Source of the DNA: a virus
Taxonomy: Duplodnaviria > Caudoviricetes
Virus record (IMG/VR): IMGVR_UViG_3300025600_000010
Span: 1-45,783 of that record
Reading direction: 5' to 3' (one strand)
DNA length: 45,783 nucleotides
The notes under the pieces were generated by a model. It ran no database searches and was not told the DNA's origin. It saw nothing but the letters and a program-made list of their open reading frames with translations. The position numbers were made by a program, and so were the translations under genes. Of the stretch, positions 35,431 through 44,277 are shown in pieces (within the stretch, counting starts at the first letter, position 1; every line of letters starts with the position of its first letter).

Positions 35431-35646
35431 TTAGCAACCTAAAATTCGTTTCGGTGGCGGTTCAGGCGGCAAGGGCAAAAGGTTTTTGCGAATGGTTATC
35501 ATATATTCGTCACGGTCAACAACAACGTAACCGGCTGCAATGTATCTAGCTTCAGACGTTACGGGAACGGTTAACTGAATGTGTGTTTTAAGGTCTTCAC
35601 TTTGCAAACCTTCAGCACCCTTATGCCCACAATTACAGGCGTGCAT
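35431..35646 (-). CDS. Hypothetical protein
   Basis: TAATG coupling to the upstream gene. Confidence 0.55.
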   Translation of the reverse strand: MHACNCGHKGAEGLQSEDLKTHIQLTVPVTSEARYIAAGYVVVDRDEYMITIRKNLLPLPPEPPPKRILGC

Positions 35647-35972
35647 TATTGTTTTACCGGAACGGAAGCGCAGCGACAGTTTAAGGTTTTGCCAAACGGT
35701 GAAGGTTTGACGGTCAACCCCAGGACTTGAAGCAACTGAAATTTGTCTTTATCACTAAGGACAAACGCAATCCTGGCTTTGCCAAACTTGCCGGTTTTGC
35801 TTTTGAGGCAACCCCGCACAGTATCAGCGCCGTATGTTGTAACGTAACCCTGAAAGGCCGCAAGATGTTTCTTGACGTTAGGCCGCAAATTGGCAAGCTT
35901 CGCCTGTTCTTTCAGGTAATCATTCACGCCGGTTATCGTGCTAGATTTTGATTCATACAGAACTGTTGACAT
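35646..35972 (-). CDS. Hypothetical protein
   Basis: AAGGGG SD; tightly packed with neighbours. Confidence 0.65.
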   Translation of the reverse strand: MSTVLYESKSSTITGVNDYLKEQAKLANLRPNVKKHLAAFQGYVTTYGADTVRGCLKSKTGKFGKARIAFVLSDKDKFQLLQVLGLTVKPSPFGKTLNCRCASVPVKQ

Positions 35973-36455
35973 TTAGCGTTTCCCCTTTGATAAACTTTTT
36001 ATTTGGTTGCGTCTGATACCTTCCCGCAATGTTGGGTAATCTCTTTCACGTTTCCAGTTGTCACAGAAAAGCTGTTCAGGTTTAATATGCACAGCATTGC
36101 CTAAACTTTCAATCATCAAATCAATTCCAGCATGAACAGAAAAAGGCTGCGGCAATTCGTCAATGATAATGCAATCGCTCAAAGCACCATTCACAATGCC
36201 GCGAATTGCATTATGAACGCTTGCCGATACGCCAACAATTGCAACGCGTCTTGTCTGCGGCTGCGGCGGTTCAATGCAATCAAAGCATTCAGCAATCATT
36301 CTGTCATGATAATCAGTTATCAAGTCAAGATTAATTCGGTATTCAGGTTGCGTTACATACTGAAAACGTTCAAGCTGTTCAACTTCAACAGGTGCAAGAT
36401 TCCTTTGCAACAGTCTTTCGATCCATTCAAGCAAAGTTGGCTGTTCCATTCTCAT
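35973..36455 (-). CDS. Hypothetical protein
   Basis: ATGA coupling; AAGGA SD. Confidence 0.65.
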   Translation of the reverse strand: MRMEQPTLLEWIERLLQRNLAPVEVEQLERFQYVTQPEYRINLDLITDYHDRMIAECFDCIEPPQPQTRRVAIVGVSASVHNAIRGIVNGALSDCIIIDELPQPFSVHAGIDLMIESLGNAVHIKPEQLFCDNWKRERDYPTLREGIRRNQIKSLSKGKR

Positions 36456-36649
36456 TCCTTTTCTGACAAAGCAGAAACTAAAAGATATTCACTCATTGAT
36501 TGACCAGCTGCGTCTGCGCGTTCCAGCAATGCGGCCTTTTCCTTGCCTGTTACACGAACCTTAACGCACAGGTTGCGGCTGTCGGCCTTCCTCGTTCCTG
36601 TCGGCCTTCCTGCGCCCTTTCTTGCTCCACCTGACATAATTAATTGCAC
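36452..36649 (-). CDS. Ribbon-helix-helix (MobC/CopG-like) DNA-binding protein
   Basis: GGARKGAGRP arm; VKVRVT..EK..L...A..AGQSMSEYL. Confidence 0.75.
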   Translation of the reverse strand: MQLIMSGGARKGAGRPTGTRKADSRNLCVKVRVTGKEKAALLERADAAGQSMSEYLLVSALSEKE

Positions 36650-36670
36650 CCCGCTTTATTCAATACGCGT

Positions 36671-37105
36671 TTAATTTTGCCAAGTCAAGTATTTAATCAA
36701 GGCTTCCCAGGCTTCAAGCCAGCTATAAGCTGTCATGCACGCAAACCCCTGTGATTCAGCGAACGTTTTAAATTCAAGCTGTTCGTCTGACATGCCGCCT
36801 TTAGAGCTTGCCTTTGCCGGTTTCTGGCTAGGCTTTTTCATTTCAATGTAAAGCCCTGACCAACCGCCGCGCTTGACCGGTAACAAGGTGTCAAGCACGC
36901 CAGCCTTGACCCCTTCAGCCTTCATTGCGCCGCCGCGAATAGCTCTTGATTTTTCAGTATCACCCCGCGAACCGCCGTTACCTATCGCGTGAAACCATTT
37001 CAATTCAGGGTAAACGTTAACGTTTATTGCGCATTGACAGAACAACGCGGCTTGGTGGCCGTGTTCTGTTCCCGACTTCGCAAGCTGTTCCGGTGTGATC
37101 GCCAT
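36671..37105 (-). CDS. VRR-NUC nuclease (Holliday-junction resolvase-like)
   Basis: EH..Q, GVKAGVLD, LYIEMK, MSDEQ..F. Confidence 0.88.
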   Translation of the reverse strand: MAITPEQLAKSGTEHGHQAALFCQCAINVNVYPELKWFHAIGNGGSRGDTEKSRAIRGGAMKAEGVKAGVLDTLLPVKRGGWSGLYIEMKKPSQKPAKASSKGGMSDEQLEFKTFAESQGFACMTAYSWLEAWEALIKYLTWQN

Positions 37106-37106
37106 G

Positions 37107-37334
37107 CTATTTTGGTTCCCTTGGCAAGCTGCCATTCAATACAACATACTGCGCTTTGACAGCTTCAAGACTTTTCTTAATCTTTTTCGCTGAAGCTTTG
37201 GCGCTTTTAAGATCGTCTGTCAGTTGATCAACGTACTCTTGACAAACCTCACAACTGCAAAACAAATCAAGAAACAATCCATACAGCATTTTTTCTTGCG
37301 CGGCTTGCTTATGTGTTATTGGTGTTATTGCCAT
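37107..37334 (-). CDS. Hypothetical protein
   Basis: AAGGA SD; tightly packed. Confidence 0.6.
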   Translation of the reverse strand: MAITPITHKQAAQEKMLYGLFLDLFCSCEVCQEYVDQLTDDLKSAKASAKKIKKSLEAVKAQYVVLNGSLPREPK

Positions 37335-37433
37335 TTATTAGAATTCCTTTTCGCAACGTAAACTTCAAGCGTGACGCGAACTATAGTAATAACAGCCGCG
37401 AATGTCAACCAAAAAGAAAGCGAACTGTGCATG

Positions 37434-37595
37434 TTAAAACCTTTCCAACATGCGTTGCATTTTCATAGCTCTTTGCTTTTCCGCTTCAAGTTCTCGCTTC
37501 AGTTTGCGATTTGTGAGAATGCAGCAAAGATCAACGACACCCAACACGGCAAGCAATGCCAGGATAAAAATTAAGTTAGGTAAATATTGTTTCAT
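37434..37595 (-). CDS. 53-aa single-TM protein (MKQYLPNLIF...)
   Basis: AAGGGGG SD; hydrophobic N-terminus; not in the ORF track. Confidence 0.55.
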   Translation of the reverse strand: MKQYLPNLIFILALLAVLGVVDLCCILTNRKLKRELEAEKQRAMKMQRMLERF

Positions 37596-37609
37596 TTCGG
37601 CCCCCTTTT

Positions 37610-37774
37610 TTATTTCTTAGGCAACTTTGAAAGTATGAACGCGGCTTTGTTTTCCTTTGTGCAACTGCAAAGCGTTTCACCTGTCGCTTTGTCCTTTATC
37701 CTGTAAATTGTATGTCCCGCGTGTATTTCGTACTTTTCATTATATTTGTATTTTGTCAAGACTGTTTCTTTCAT
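37610..37774 (-). CDS. 54-aa hypothetical protein (MKETVLTKY...)
   Basis: Open frame filling the gap; coupled to the upstream micro-ORF. Confidence 0.5.
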   Translation of the reverse strand: MKETVLTKYKYNEKYEIHAGHTIYRIKDKATGETLCSCTKENKAAFILSKLPKK

Positions 37775-37944
37775 TCGATTATTCCCATTGCTTTGTAACA
37801 GTGTGAAAGTTCCATCACAAGAAAGGTTTTGTCAGCTTTGAATATTTCACCGCTTTCAACATAATGTTTTTGTATTCGCAACAGTCTTGCCGGTTTCGTT
37901 TCAGTTGATAAGTTAATTGCGTTCTTGCATTTCTTTTTCACGGT

Positions 37945-38130
37945 TCACCCTTTCAAATCAGCAAGCGTTATTTGGTTCCACTTTATTAACTCATTTGCGA
38001 ACATAATGCAACGGTTTTCTGCAACGCAACCTTTAAACACGCGGTTTATTTCTTCCGGTGAAAGATCGCGGCAACCTTCCGCTTTCATCTTCGCAAGCAA
38101 GGTGCCTTTCCAATCATACAGCGTTGCCAT
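37945..38130 (-). CDS. Hypothetical protein
   Basis: GAGGGG SD; TAATG coupling. Confidence 0.6.
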   Translation of the reverse strand: MATLYDWKGTLLAKMKAEGCRDLSPEEINRVFKGCVAENRCIMFANELIKWNQITLADLKG

Positions 38131-38375
38131 TATGTGCGCCCCTCTTTGAATTCCTTTTCGGTGTAATCGAACGCGGCTTTAAACGCGTCATGATGACTTT
38201 TGCAGTTGCTTGCCTTGCCGGTCTTCCAAGATTTATCACGCGGCCCCTTTTCGATTTCGCCCAACATTATCATAACACCGTAAACACCGCCGCCGCGAAA
38301 GATTGTATAAATCAGACAGCGAACGCCGTTCTTGTAACCACCGGCCCAATCCCAATTCATTTTATATCTTGCCAT
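38130..38375 (-). CDS. Hypothetical protein
   Basis: AAGGGGG SD before MARYK. Confidence 0.6.
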   Translation of the reverse strand: MARYKMNWDWAGGYKNGVRCLIYTIFRGGGVYGVMIMLGEIEKGPRDKSWKTGKASNCKSHHDAFKAAFDYTEKEFKEGRT

Positions 38376-38377
38376 TG

Positions 38378-38593
38378 TCAAACCCCCTTTTCGGCCCTGA
38401 CAATGGGGGCCATGCTGTAAGCCCCGCAAGGCTTGACGAATTCAACGCCCTGGTAAACACCTATGCGCAAAACCTTGCATGTGACAGTCTTCAGGGTCTT
38501 TGCTGTGCGGCTTGCCACAACAACCTTGATAATGCAGTTAGAATCGCAAATGCTGCGCGTCTGGTAGGTCTTCCCGGCTTCAAAGGTTCCCAT
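38378..38593 (-). CDS. Small hypothetical phage protein (FEAGKTY.TRSICD...RTAKT)
   Basis: GGGG SD before MGTFE. Confidence 0.7.
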   Translation of the reverse strand: MGTFEAGKTYQTRSICDSNCIIKVVVASRTAKTLKTVTCKVLRIGVYQGVEFVKPCGAYSMAPIVRAEKGV

Positions 38594-38594
38594 G

Positions 38595-38837
38595 TTAAGC
38601 CCCCAGGTCAAGCGAAATGTAAAAGCTTTTCAGGTTAACGCTGTAACCGGTTCTAACTTTACTGTTGAAGTGTGCGCCGTTGCTGTTGTACTTGGCGAAA
38701 ATGCGAAGTGTTGCCAGTTCTGAACCAAACACATAAAGGATTCCAGGGCAAGAAAAATCAACCGTTACAGCTTCGCCTTTTGCAAATTCTTTCATCATTG
38801 CTTCAGTTCTTTTGATTTGCGCGGTTGTGATTTCCAT
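38595..38837 (-). CDS. Hypothetical protein
   Basis: AAGGGG SD; has its own promoter. Confidence 0.7.
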   Translation of the reverse strand: MEITTAQIKRTEAMMKEFAKGEAVTVDFSCPGILYVFGSELATLRIFAKYNSNGAHFNSKVRTGYSVNLKSFYISLDLGA

Positions 38838-38868
38838 GTTGTTCCCCTTTGTGCGTTTCGTTAAAACA

Positions 38869-38897
38869 AATATAAACGCATTTCATCAAAGCGTCAA
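38869..38897 (-). promoter_or_regulatory. Sigma70-type promoter (repeated family)
   Basis: TTGACG-17-TATATT-TGTTTTAACGAAACG. Confidence 0.75.
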
Positions 38898-38914
38898 GCA
38901 AAAAGTTTCATCAA

Positions 38915-39079
38915 TTAAACTTCATCGAAAGTTGCATTAAAGCTTATTTTGTCACAGTGCTTTGCAGCTTGATTGAAAACACTTTCAAGGGTTTCGCCTT
39001 CAAACTCTTTAACCTGAACAGGTTTTCTTTTTGCATCAGCATCAGCAGAGCTTGCCCAAAATTTAAAAGTCTTTTTCAT
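38915..39079 (-). CDS. Hypothetical protein, 54 aa
   Basis: GGGGG SD before MKKTFK. Confidence 0.6.
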   Translation of the reverse strand: MKKTFKFWASSADADAKRKPVQVKEFEGETLESVFNQAAKHCDKISFNATFDEV

Positions 39080-39111
39080 TTGCGCCCCCGGTTGAATCAT
39101 TCGTTAAAACA

Positions 39112-39140
39112 ACAATAACAGGGAAACAACAAGCTGTCAA
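39112..39140 (-). promoter_or_regulatory. Sigma70-type promoter (repeated family)
   Basis: TTGACA-17-TATTGT-TGTTTTAACGAA. Confidence 0.75.
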
Positions 39141-39150
39141 CGAATATTTT

Positions 39151-39351
39151 TCAAAACTTGAATTTAAATTGGGTTTCTTTTTTCCGCTTAATTTTCAAGC
39201 CGGTGAACGCGTCACAGCTTGCGGCTTTCAGTTCAAAGAATTCAAGCCCCTTTGCGTATGCAATACCGTTAGACAACATACGCATTGCCATTGCTGAAGC
39301 CTTCATACAATCAAATTTGAATCCGCATTGCAAACAGCTTTTAACGCACAT
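39151..39351 (-). CDS. Small Cys-containing hypothetical protein
   Basis: AAGGGG SD; CxxC...C...C.AF. Confidence 0.6.
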   Translation of the reverse strand: MCVKSCLQCGFKFDCMKASAMAMRMLSNGIAYAKGLEFFELKAASCDAFTGLKIKRKKETQFKFKF

Positions 39352-39383
39352 GCTTTCCCCTTATGCCCACAATATTGAACCAG

Positions 39384-39608
39384 CTATTTGTTATCACGAA
39401 TGTTATTCACCCATCGTTCACACGCACCTTTGAAGTCTTTCGGGATTGCGCCGTGATGCTTGCAAACCCAGGCGTTGCTTGCATAAGTGCTTTCTTTGCA
39501 GTTCTTGCACGAAAGCCGGTTGCGAAGCAAGATAACTTCATGCGCGTTGATACTGGTTTCCGCTGTCAGTTCGTCAAGCAATCTTGCAAGTATTTGATAA
39601 TTATACAT
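39384..39608 (-). CDS. Small 4-Cys protein resembling the exonuclease C-terminal domain
   Basis: GGAG SD; SCKNC...WVCKHHGAIPKDFKGACERW. Confidence 0.7.
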   Translation of the reverse strand: MYNYQILARLLDELTAETSINAHEVILLRNRLSCKNCKESTYASNAWVCKHHGAIPKDFKGACERWVNNIRDNK

Positions 39609-39619
39609 TTTGGTTTTTC

Positions 39620-40220
39620 TCCGTCAGCGACAATGTGTAGGATATTCTACACTTGGGGAATATTCTACTATTTTATATTATCAAGGTATCGAATCCCACA
39701 TTACAGGGGTTGACCATTCACGGTAGCTATAACCTTATTTTTCAAGCACTTAGCGTGATCTTTTTCTATACTTTCTAACCTAGACAGTTCATCAAACAAG
39801 AATTTAACATCATTTTTCATTATTTTTCCACTTTCAACGTAATATTTCTGAATGCTTTGTGTTCTGGTTAACATTTTGTGTATCTCCTTTTAGGTCTAAA
39901 TTCTTATATATTACTCGTATATTGATTTTATATTATGTAACTACTTGTTTTTATTCACTTCTTTCATTTCTATCAAATATATTACCAGCAACCCAAAAAT
40001 CACATGTACATTACTCTTAGTATTAGACTTATGAACACTATAATAGTTTTATTATTTGCAAGGTGTCTTTCTAGAGCGTTCGGAACTCAATTTTAATATA
40101 TTGATAGAAAACACATAAAACGTAATGATTTCAAGTACTTATGTAACAGAAGTGCCAATATATATTGCTATAATTTGATAGATTTAATCTTCAGTGCTAT
40201 TAATTTTTTAGTTTAATATT
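39620..40220. other. AT-rich non-coding region, putative replication origin
   Basis: No convincing ORF; 17-bp inverted repeat 39967/40110; three IHF-like sites; near the primase gene. Confidence 0.55.
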
Positions 40221-40224
40221 TGTG

Positions 40225-40253
40225 TTGACTTGTAAAATTTATTTTGATATAAC
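40225..40253 (+). promoter_or_regulatory. Sigma70-type promoter
   Basis: TTGACT-17-TATAAC. Confidence 0.7.
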
Positions 40254-40295
40254 TTTTGTCAGATTGTTAAACTGTTAACTTTTATAGGAGCTAAA

Positions 40296-40577
40296 ATGTA
40301 TCATGAATCGTCTGAAGCAATGAAAGGTTCAAAAAGAAGTCAAGGTTGTACTCCGTTACCTTTTGAAAATTTGCCCGTTGGAAAAAGTTTTATTGTTAAG
40401 TTTGGAATGATGCAAGAGAATTCTTTGCGTGTGGCTGTTTCAACAGCTTCTAAAAAATTTAACAAAAGGTTCAAGTGCATCAAGCATAACGATTTGCAAA
40501 TATTTGAAATTGGCTGTTTACCAGATTTGAAAGTTGAAGCTGAACAGGTTTTTGATTCATCGGATAAAATGTGGTAG
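40296..40577 (+). CDS. Small protein, probable paralogue of the C-terminal domain of 33492..34118
   Basis: AGGAG SD; LPFENLPVGKSFIV...SLRVAVS.ASKKF..RF. Confidence 0.75.
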   Translation: MYHESSEAMKGSKRSQGCTPLPFENLPVGKSFIVKFGMMQENSLRVAVSTASKKFNKRFKCIKHNDLQIFEIGCLPDLKVEAEQVFDSSDKMW

Positions 40578-40586
40578 GACAAAATA

Positions 40587-40627
40587 AAGCGCCGGTTGCT
40601 TATTGTGGGCAATCCGGCGCTTTGTTT
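40587..40627. terminator. Bidirectional terminator
   Basis: aaagcgccgg-ttgctt..gggcaa-tccggcgcttt. Confidence 0.8.
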
Positions 40628-40955
40628 AAATTGAGTAATCGTTTTGCACAACGTTTGACTTTTCTATTTCATGATGAAGTAAAATCAAAGCATTCCATGC
40701 AACTTGTGCAAGGTGATACACGCCGCCGTCTTTTTCGTTGATCGCCAGGGGAAAGCGTTGCGCGTCTTTAGTGTGGCGCAGCATTGCGGCAATGAATCTG
40801 CGCCGGTACGCTGTGCCGAAATCTTTACGCCAATTTTCAAAACCATATTTACTTTCACCGTGTTCAAAAACTTTTATCAATGGTTCAAGCACTTCAAGGG
40901 GCAAAAGCGAAAAATCAATCTTGCCGCTATCAAATTTTAAGCCTTCCGTTTTCAC
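40626..40955 (-). CDS. dATP/dGTP diphosphohydrolase-like protein (DUF5664)
   Basis: GLKFDSGK..FSLLP, G..KYG.ENWRK, AMLRH, HLAQVAWN. Confidence 0.85.
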   Translation of the reverse strand: MKTEGLKFDSGKIDFSLLPLEVLEPLIKVFEHGESKYGFENWRKDFGTAYRRRFIAAMLRHTKDAQRFPLAINEKDGGVYHLAQVAWNALILLHHEIEKSNVVQNDYSI

Positions 40956-40959
40956 CTGT

Positions 40960-41547
40960 TCAAACTCCTTTTAAAACACGTTTGCACGCAAGTTGTAATG
41001 TTCTTTCAGGTGCATCTTTCAGCACTTCTTGAAAGCTTCTTGTTTCTATAGGTTTGATGAAATTAAGTGTTAAGAGGCTAAACGTTTTAGGTCGAATTGC
41101 TTTAAGTAAATTTGGATTTGTAATAAACAAGCGCATCATTTCTGCAAACCATTCGCCTGTGTTCGGACAATAGTTTGTAAGTTTGGTTTCTTGGCTTTGA
41201 CTGCAAATTAATACGCTGAAGCCTGAAATGTAACCTTGCTTTACATTGCCCTTGATCGCGTCAACATGGTGGCCCATTTCGTGCGCAATCACCCCGTAAG
41301 GCGTTCTATCTATAATATGCCCAGGATAAGACCACGCTTGACCGGCTGTGCCGATGTGCGCCATTTTCTTAACGCAGCCAACAACCTTTCCTCTGCCGTC
41401 TTTTGTCATTCGATAGTATGCACAACTTCCAAACGGCCATGTTTCTTCAGCAATGAAAGCGGGAACAGGTAAAGCGTTTGCTTCACAAAAGTTAATTGCG
41501 TGAAGCTTTCCGGTTTGCCACATTTCGTCTTTTGTTGGATAACTCAT
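40960..41547 (-). CDS. Zincin-like metallopeptidase
   Basis: HEMGHHVD plus downstream EWFAE; AAGGGG SD before MSYPTK. Confidence 0.7.
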   Translation of the reverse strand: MSYPTKDEMWQTGKLHAINFCEANALPVPAFIAEETWPFGSCAYYRMTKDGRGKVVGCVKKMAHIGTAGQAWSYPGHIIDRTPYGVIAHEMGHHVDAIKGNVKQGYISGFSVLICSQSQETKLTNYCPNTGEWFAEMMRLFITNPNLLKAIRPKTFSLLTLNFIKPIETRSFQEVLKDAPERTLQLACKRVLKGV

Positions 41548-41558
41548 ATAATCCCCTT

Positions 41559-43973
41559 TCACAAACCGAATTGAACAACGTTGACAATTGCAAAACACTT
41601 ACCGCTAAACCCGTATTTATCAGCGGCTTGTTTCGGCCCAACTTCCCGTATGTCACCCTGCGCTTTTAGCGTTTCAACTGTTCGCTGTATTGCTTTGGTT
41701 GCACCTAACTTATCCTTTCTGAATGCCGCCGATGAAGACAACCGTTTGTTAATATATGTTAGCGTTATTATTTTATCATCGTGAAGCTTAATGTTTGATG
41801 CTTTGTATTTTTCAATTTTTGTCCAATCACTAACAATATAAGATTTTATCACCCTGCAAACATCGTCCATTTGTTTTGTTTCTGAAGTTTCTTCACCAAT
41901 GTTTCCGCTTTCAAATCTGACAAGTATGTTGACAATACCGGCCTTGATAATGTTAAAGGCCCAGGTTGCATTTTCAAGCGTTATTACTGGTTCATAAGGA
42001 TTTACGCCAACAGCAACCAATGCTGAAAGCTTCATTGTTTTCATTGCGCAACGTGTCCATAAATGTCTAACGACTTCATTTGAAGCGTTGTTGTTTTCGT
42101 TAACACAATACGCGTCAAGTTCTTTAAACATTTTTACAACTTCAGGTGTCATTGAAACATGCTGCGCCTTATTGCCGTTGTTCAACATAAGCGAATGTGC
42201 GCACAATGACGCGGTTTGTTCAACCAAATCGAAAGACGGTTGAACGTGTAAATGTTCATCGTTCAATAACGGAACTAAACCATGATATTCAATAATTGTA
42301 AAACGCGGAAGCAAGCCGCTTTCAATCATTGATTCATTAAGTGCTTTATAAAAGTTCTCCGGCGCTGATTCGCCCATAATTGTAAAGGAAGGCGAAAGAA
42401 CAGCATCCGTGTTTTGTTCCCTGTCGCTTCTGATTGTCCCGCGCAATACTTTGCCCTCGCCGGATTTGTTGTATAAATCAAGCATCATTCTTTGCAAACC
42501 CAAATCATTTTTGTCTGCGCGAAATGCCGCCATTTGCTGAAGCTTTAAACCAAATTCGCCAACCATTGAAAAGAAGCAAGGTGAACTTTTTGCAAGGTGT
42601 TTTGCTAATGCTTGCGGTGAAGCAATTTCAGCAGGGCCGATAAAATCAACGGCTGCGGGAACGGTGCGTTGAACCGCAAGCATTAATTTATCAATGCCTG
42701 AAGCTATTGCTTCTTTCCCGGCCCCCGTTTGCGCCAGAACCAAAACATACTGATTCAAGCCGGTTCCTGAAATGTTGTAAGACCTTCCGCAAATCCCGGC
42801 CATTAAGCCTATTGCGCCAGCTAAAGCAATTTCGGGAACTTGACGCGGTGCGGATTGGTGAATAAATTGCGCAATCAAACCCATAAGCCCAGGCGGTACG
42901 GCATAAAGTGCGACGGTGTCGGTGTGCTGCTTTGTGGCGGCTTTTTTGGGAAGGGTAAGGGTAGGGTCAAGTTCTAAAGTGCCGTCAGATTGCAAATTTG
43001 GAAGCCTATTTTTTAGGCAATTTTCGCTTTCGGTGCGTTCAGGATACGAACGCGCCTTATTTTCAGCAATAGCGGCTTCAAGCTGATTTTTCAAGCCGTC
43101 AATGTCAACAGGCGGTAACATTCTGTCAAAGCATCTGCTTATCATGTATTGCACATAATCTATGCGGTGCGCCTTTGCCCTGTTTGCCAAAACTGAACGA
43201 TGAAACAGTCTTGTTATCTGCGCGGTGTTTTGTGTGTAAAATGCAAGCATGTCAACAAGCGCAAAGTCAGCCTCATTGCACGATACTTTATCAATGCTGT
43301 CTTGATAATACGCTTGCCATTTACCATCGAACAAATCCATGAACTTTTGACCGTTTGCCGCGTTCATTCCCATTGTCAATATTTGTTCATCTGTGTAAGT
43401 TTCTGCGGTGTCACCTTCATAATTATATATTGCTGCGCCTTTGCCTAACTGTTCCCACAATATGTTGATTAACTCTTGACGTTCAACAATTGGCGCAGCT
43501 TTATAAACGTTGCCTGTCATTGTCATATAGCGCAATGAAGAATAAACTTCAATTGCTGAACGCTTCCGGCCCGATGTTACGCCAGCTTTGACAATAATGT
43601 GCAAGCCCTTTCCTGAAGGTGATTTTTCAGAAAACGAATCGAACTTGTTGAACACGTTCAATTGACGGTCAAGAATTTCTTGCGCGTTCGGAAATTTCGG
43701 GCTTCCGTCTGCGTTCAATTCGTAAGGGTCATCAAGGTCAATGAACGTATAAGGGTCGTTTTCAGACAGCACAAAACCAATGCCGGAATAGTTCGGTGAA
43801 GCATCAACAGCGTCTTGAAAGCTCGCCCAGGTGCTAGAATCGCGCACGCTTGCCAGCTTGCCGTTGTGTGGGCAATACGGTACTTTTGTTGGCTTGCCGC
43901 CTTGCATGTCTTCATACCGCCAGCAAACAAATTGGTTGTATTGTTTCATTTCATCTGGAATGTTGTGGAACAT
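41559..43973 (-). CDS. Primase-polymerase (NrS-1-like AEP) fused to a DUF3987-type helicase
   Basis: KVPY, TW.SF, FIDLDD, SPSGKGLH, IEVYS; AQTGAGKE P-loop; probable start MFHNIP. Confidence 0.88.
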   Translation of the reverse strand: MFHNIPDEMKQYNQFVCWRYEDMQGGKPTKVPYCPHNGKLASVRDSSTWASFQDAVDASPNYSGIGFVLSENDPYTFIDLDDPYELNADGSPKFPNAQEILDRQLNVFNKFDSFSEKSPSGKGLHIIVKAGVTSGRKRSAIEVYSSLRYMTMTGNVYKAAPIVERQELINILWEQLGKGAAIYNYEGDTAETYTDEQILTMGMNAANGQKFMDLFDGKWQAYYQDSIDKVSCNEADFALVDMLAFYTQNTAQITRLFHRSVLANRAKAHRIDYVQYMISRCFDRMLPPVDIDGLKNQLEAAIAENKARSYPERTESENCLKNRLPNLQSDGTLELDPTLTLPKKAATKQHTDTVALYAVPPGLMGLIAQFIHQSAPRQVPEIALAGAIGLMAGICGRSYNISGTGLNQYVLVLAQTGAGKEAIASGIDKLMLAVQRTVPAAVDFIGPAEIASPQALAKHLAKSSPCFFSMVGEFGLKLQQMAAFRADKNDLGLQRMMLDLYNKSGEGKVLRGTIRSDREQNTDAVLSPSFTIMGESAPENFYKALNESMIESGLLPRFTIIEYHGLVPLLNDEHLHVQPSFDLVEQTASLCAHSLMLNNGNKAQHVSMTPEVVKMFKELDAYCVNENNNASNEVVRHLWTRCAMKTMKLSALVAVGVNPYEPVITLENATWAFNIIKAGIVNILVRFESGNIGEETSETKQMDDVCRVIKSYIVSDWTKIEKYKASNIKLHDDKIITLTYINKRLSSSAAFRKDKLGATKAIQRTVETLKAQGDIREVGPKQAADKYGFSGKCFAIVNVVQFGL

Positions 43974-43996
43974 TAACGCCCCTTCAATCAAAGAAT

Positions 43997-44203
43997 TCAA
44001 AATTTCAATTTCAAAGTGTTGCCGGTTAGATTGGTATAAAGTGTTTCCATTCTGTTCCCGCAAGGGTTTTCAACTTTACCCTGTGCGAACATTTTCAACC
44101 ATCCTTCAGGTATTTTTGTATCATTTGATATTTGCTTCAAGGTGCGTGTTCGGGGTCTTTGCTGTATTGCAATAATGAGTGAATCCCTGAAAGTAGTTAA
44201 CAA
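43997..44203 (-). CDS. Small HTH (Cro-like) DNA-binding protein
   Basis: TLKQISNDTKIPEGWLKMF..G...NP....ETLY; AAGGAG SD. Confidence 0.75.
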   Translation of the reverse strand: MLTTFRDSLIIAIQQRPRTRTLKQISNDTKIPEGWLKMFAQGKVENPCGNRMETLYTNLTGNTLKLKF

Positions 44204-44248
44204 CCTGTTTTATCTCCTTTTTCATTAGAATTCGGTTCAACGCGGCTC

Positions 44249-44277
44249 ATGATAAAGAAAATAAGAGCTATTGTCAA
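44249..44277 (-). promoter_or_regulatory. Leftward promoter (HTH-primase operon)
   Basis: TTGACA-17-TATCAT. Confidence 0.75.

Noticed and set aside
40626-40955. Z-base (2-aminoadenine) or other modified-DNA pathway
   Set aside because: Only the diphosphohydrolase-like gene is present; no PurZ, deazaguanine, glycosyltransferase or methyltransferase genes were seen
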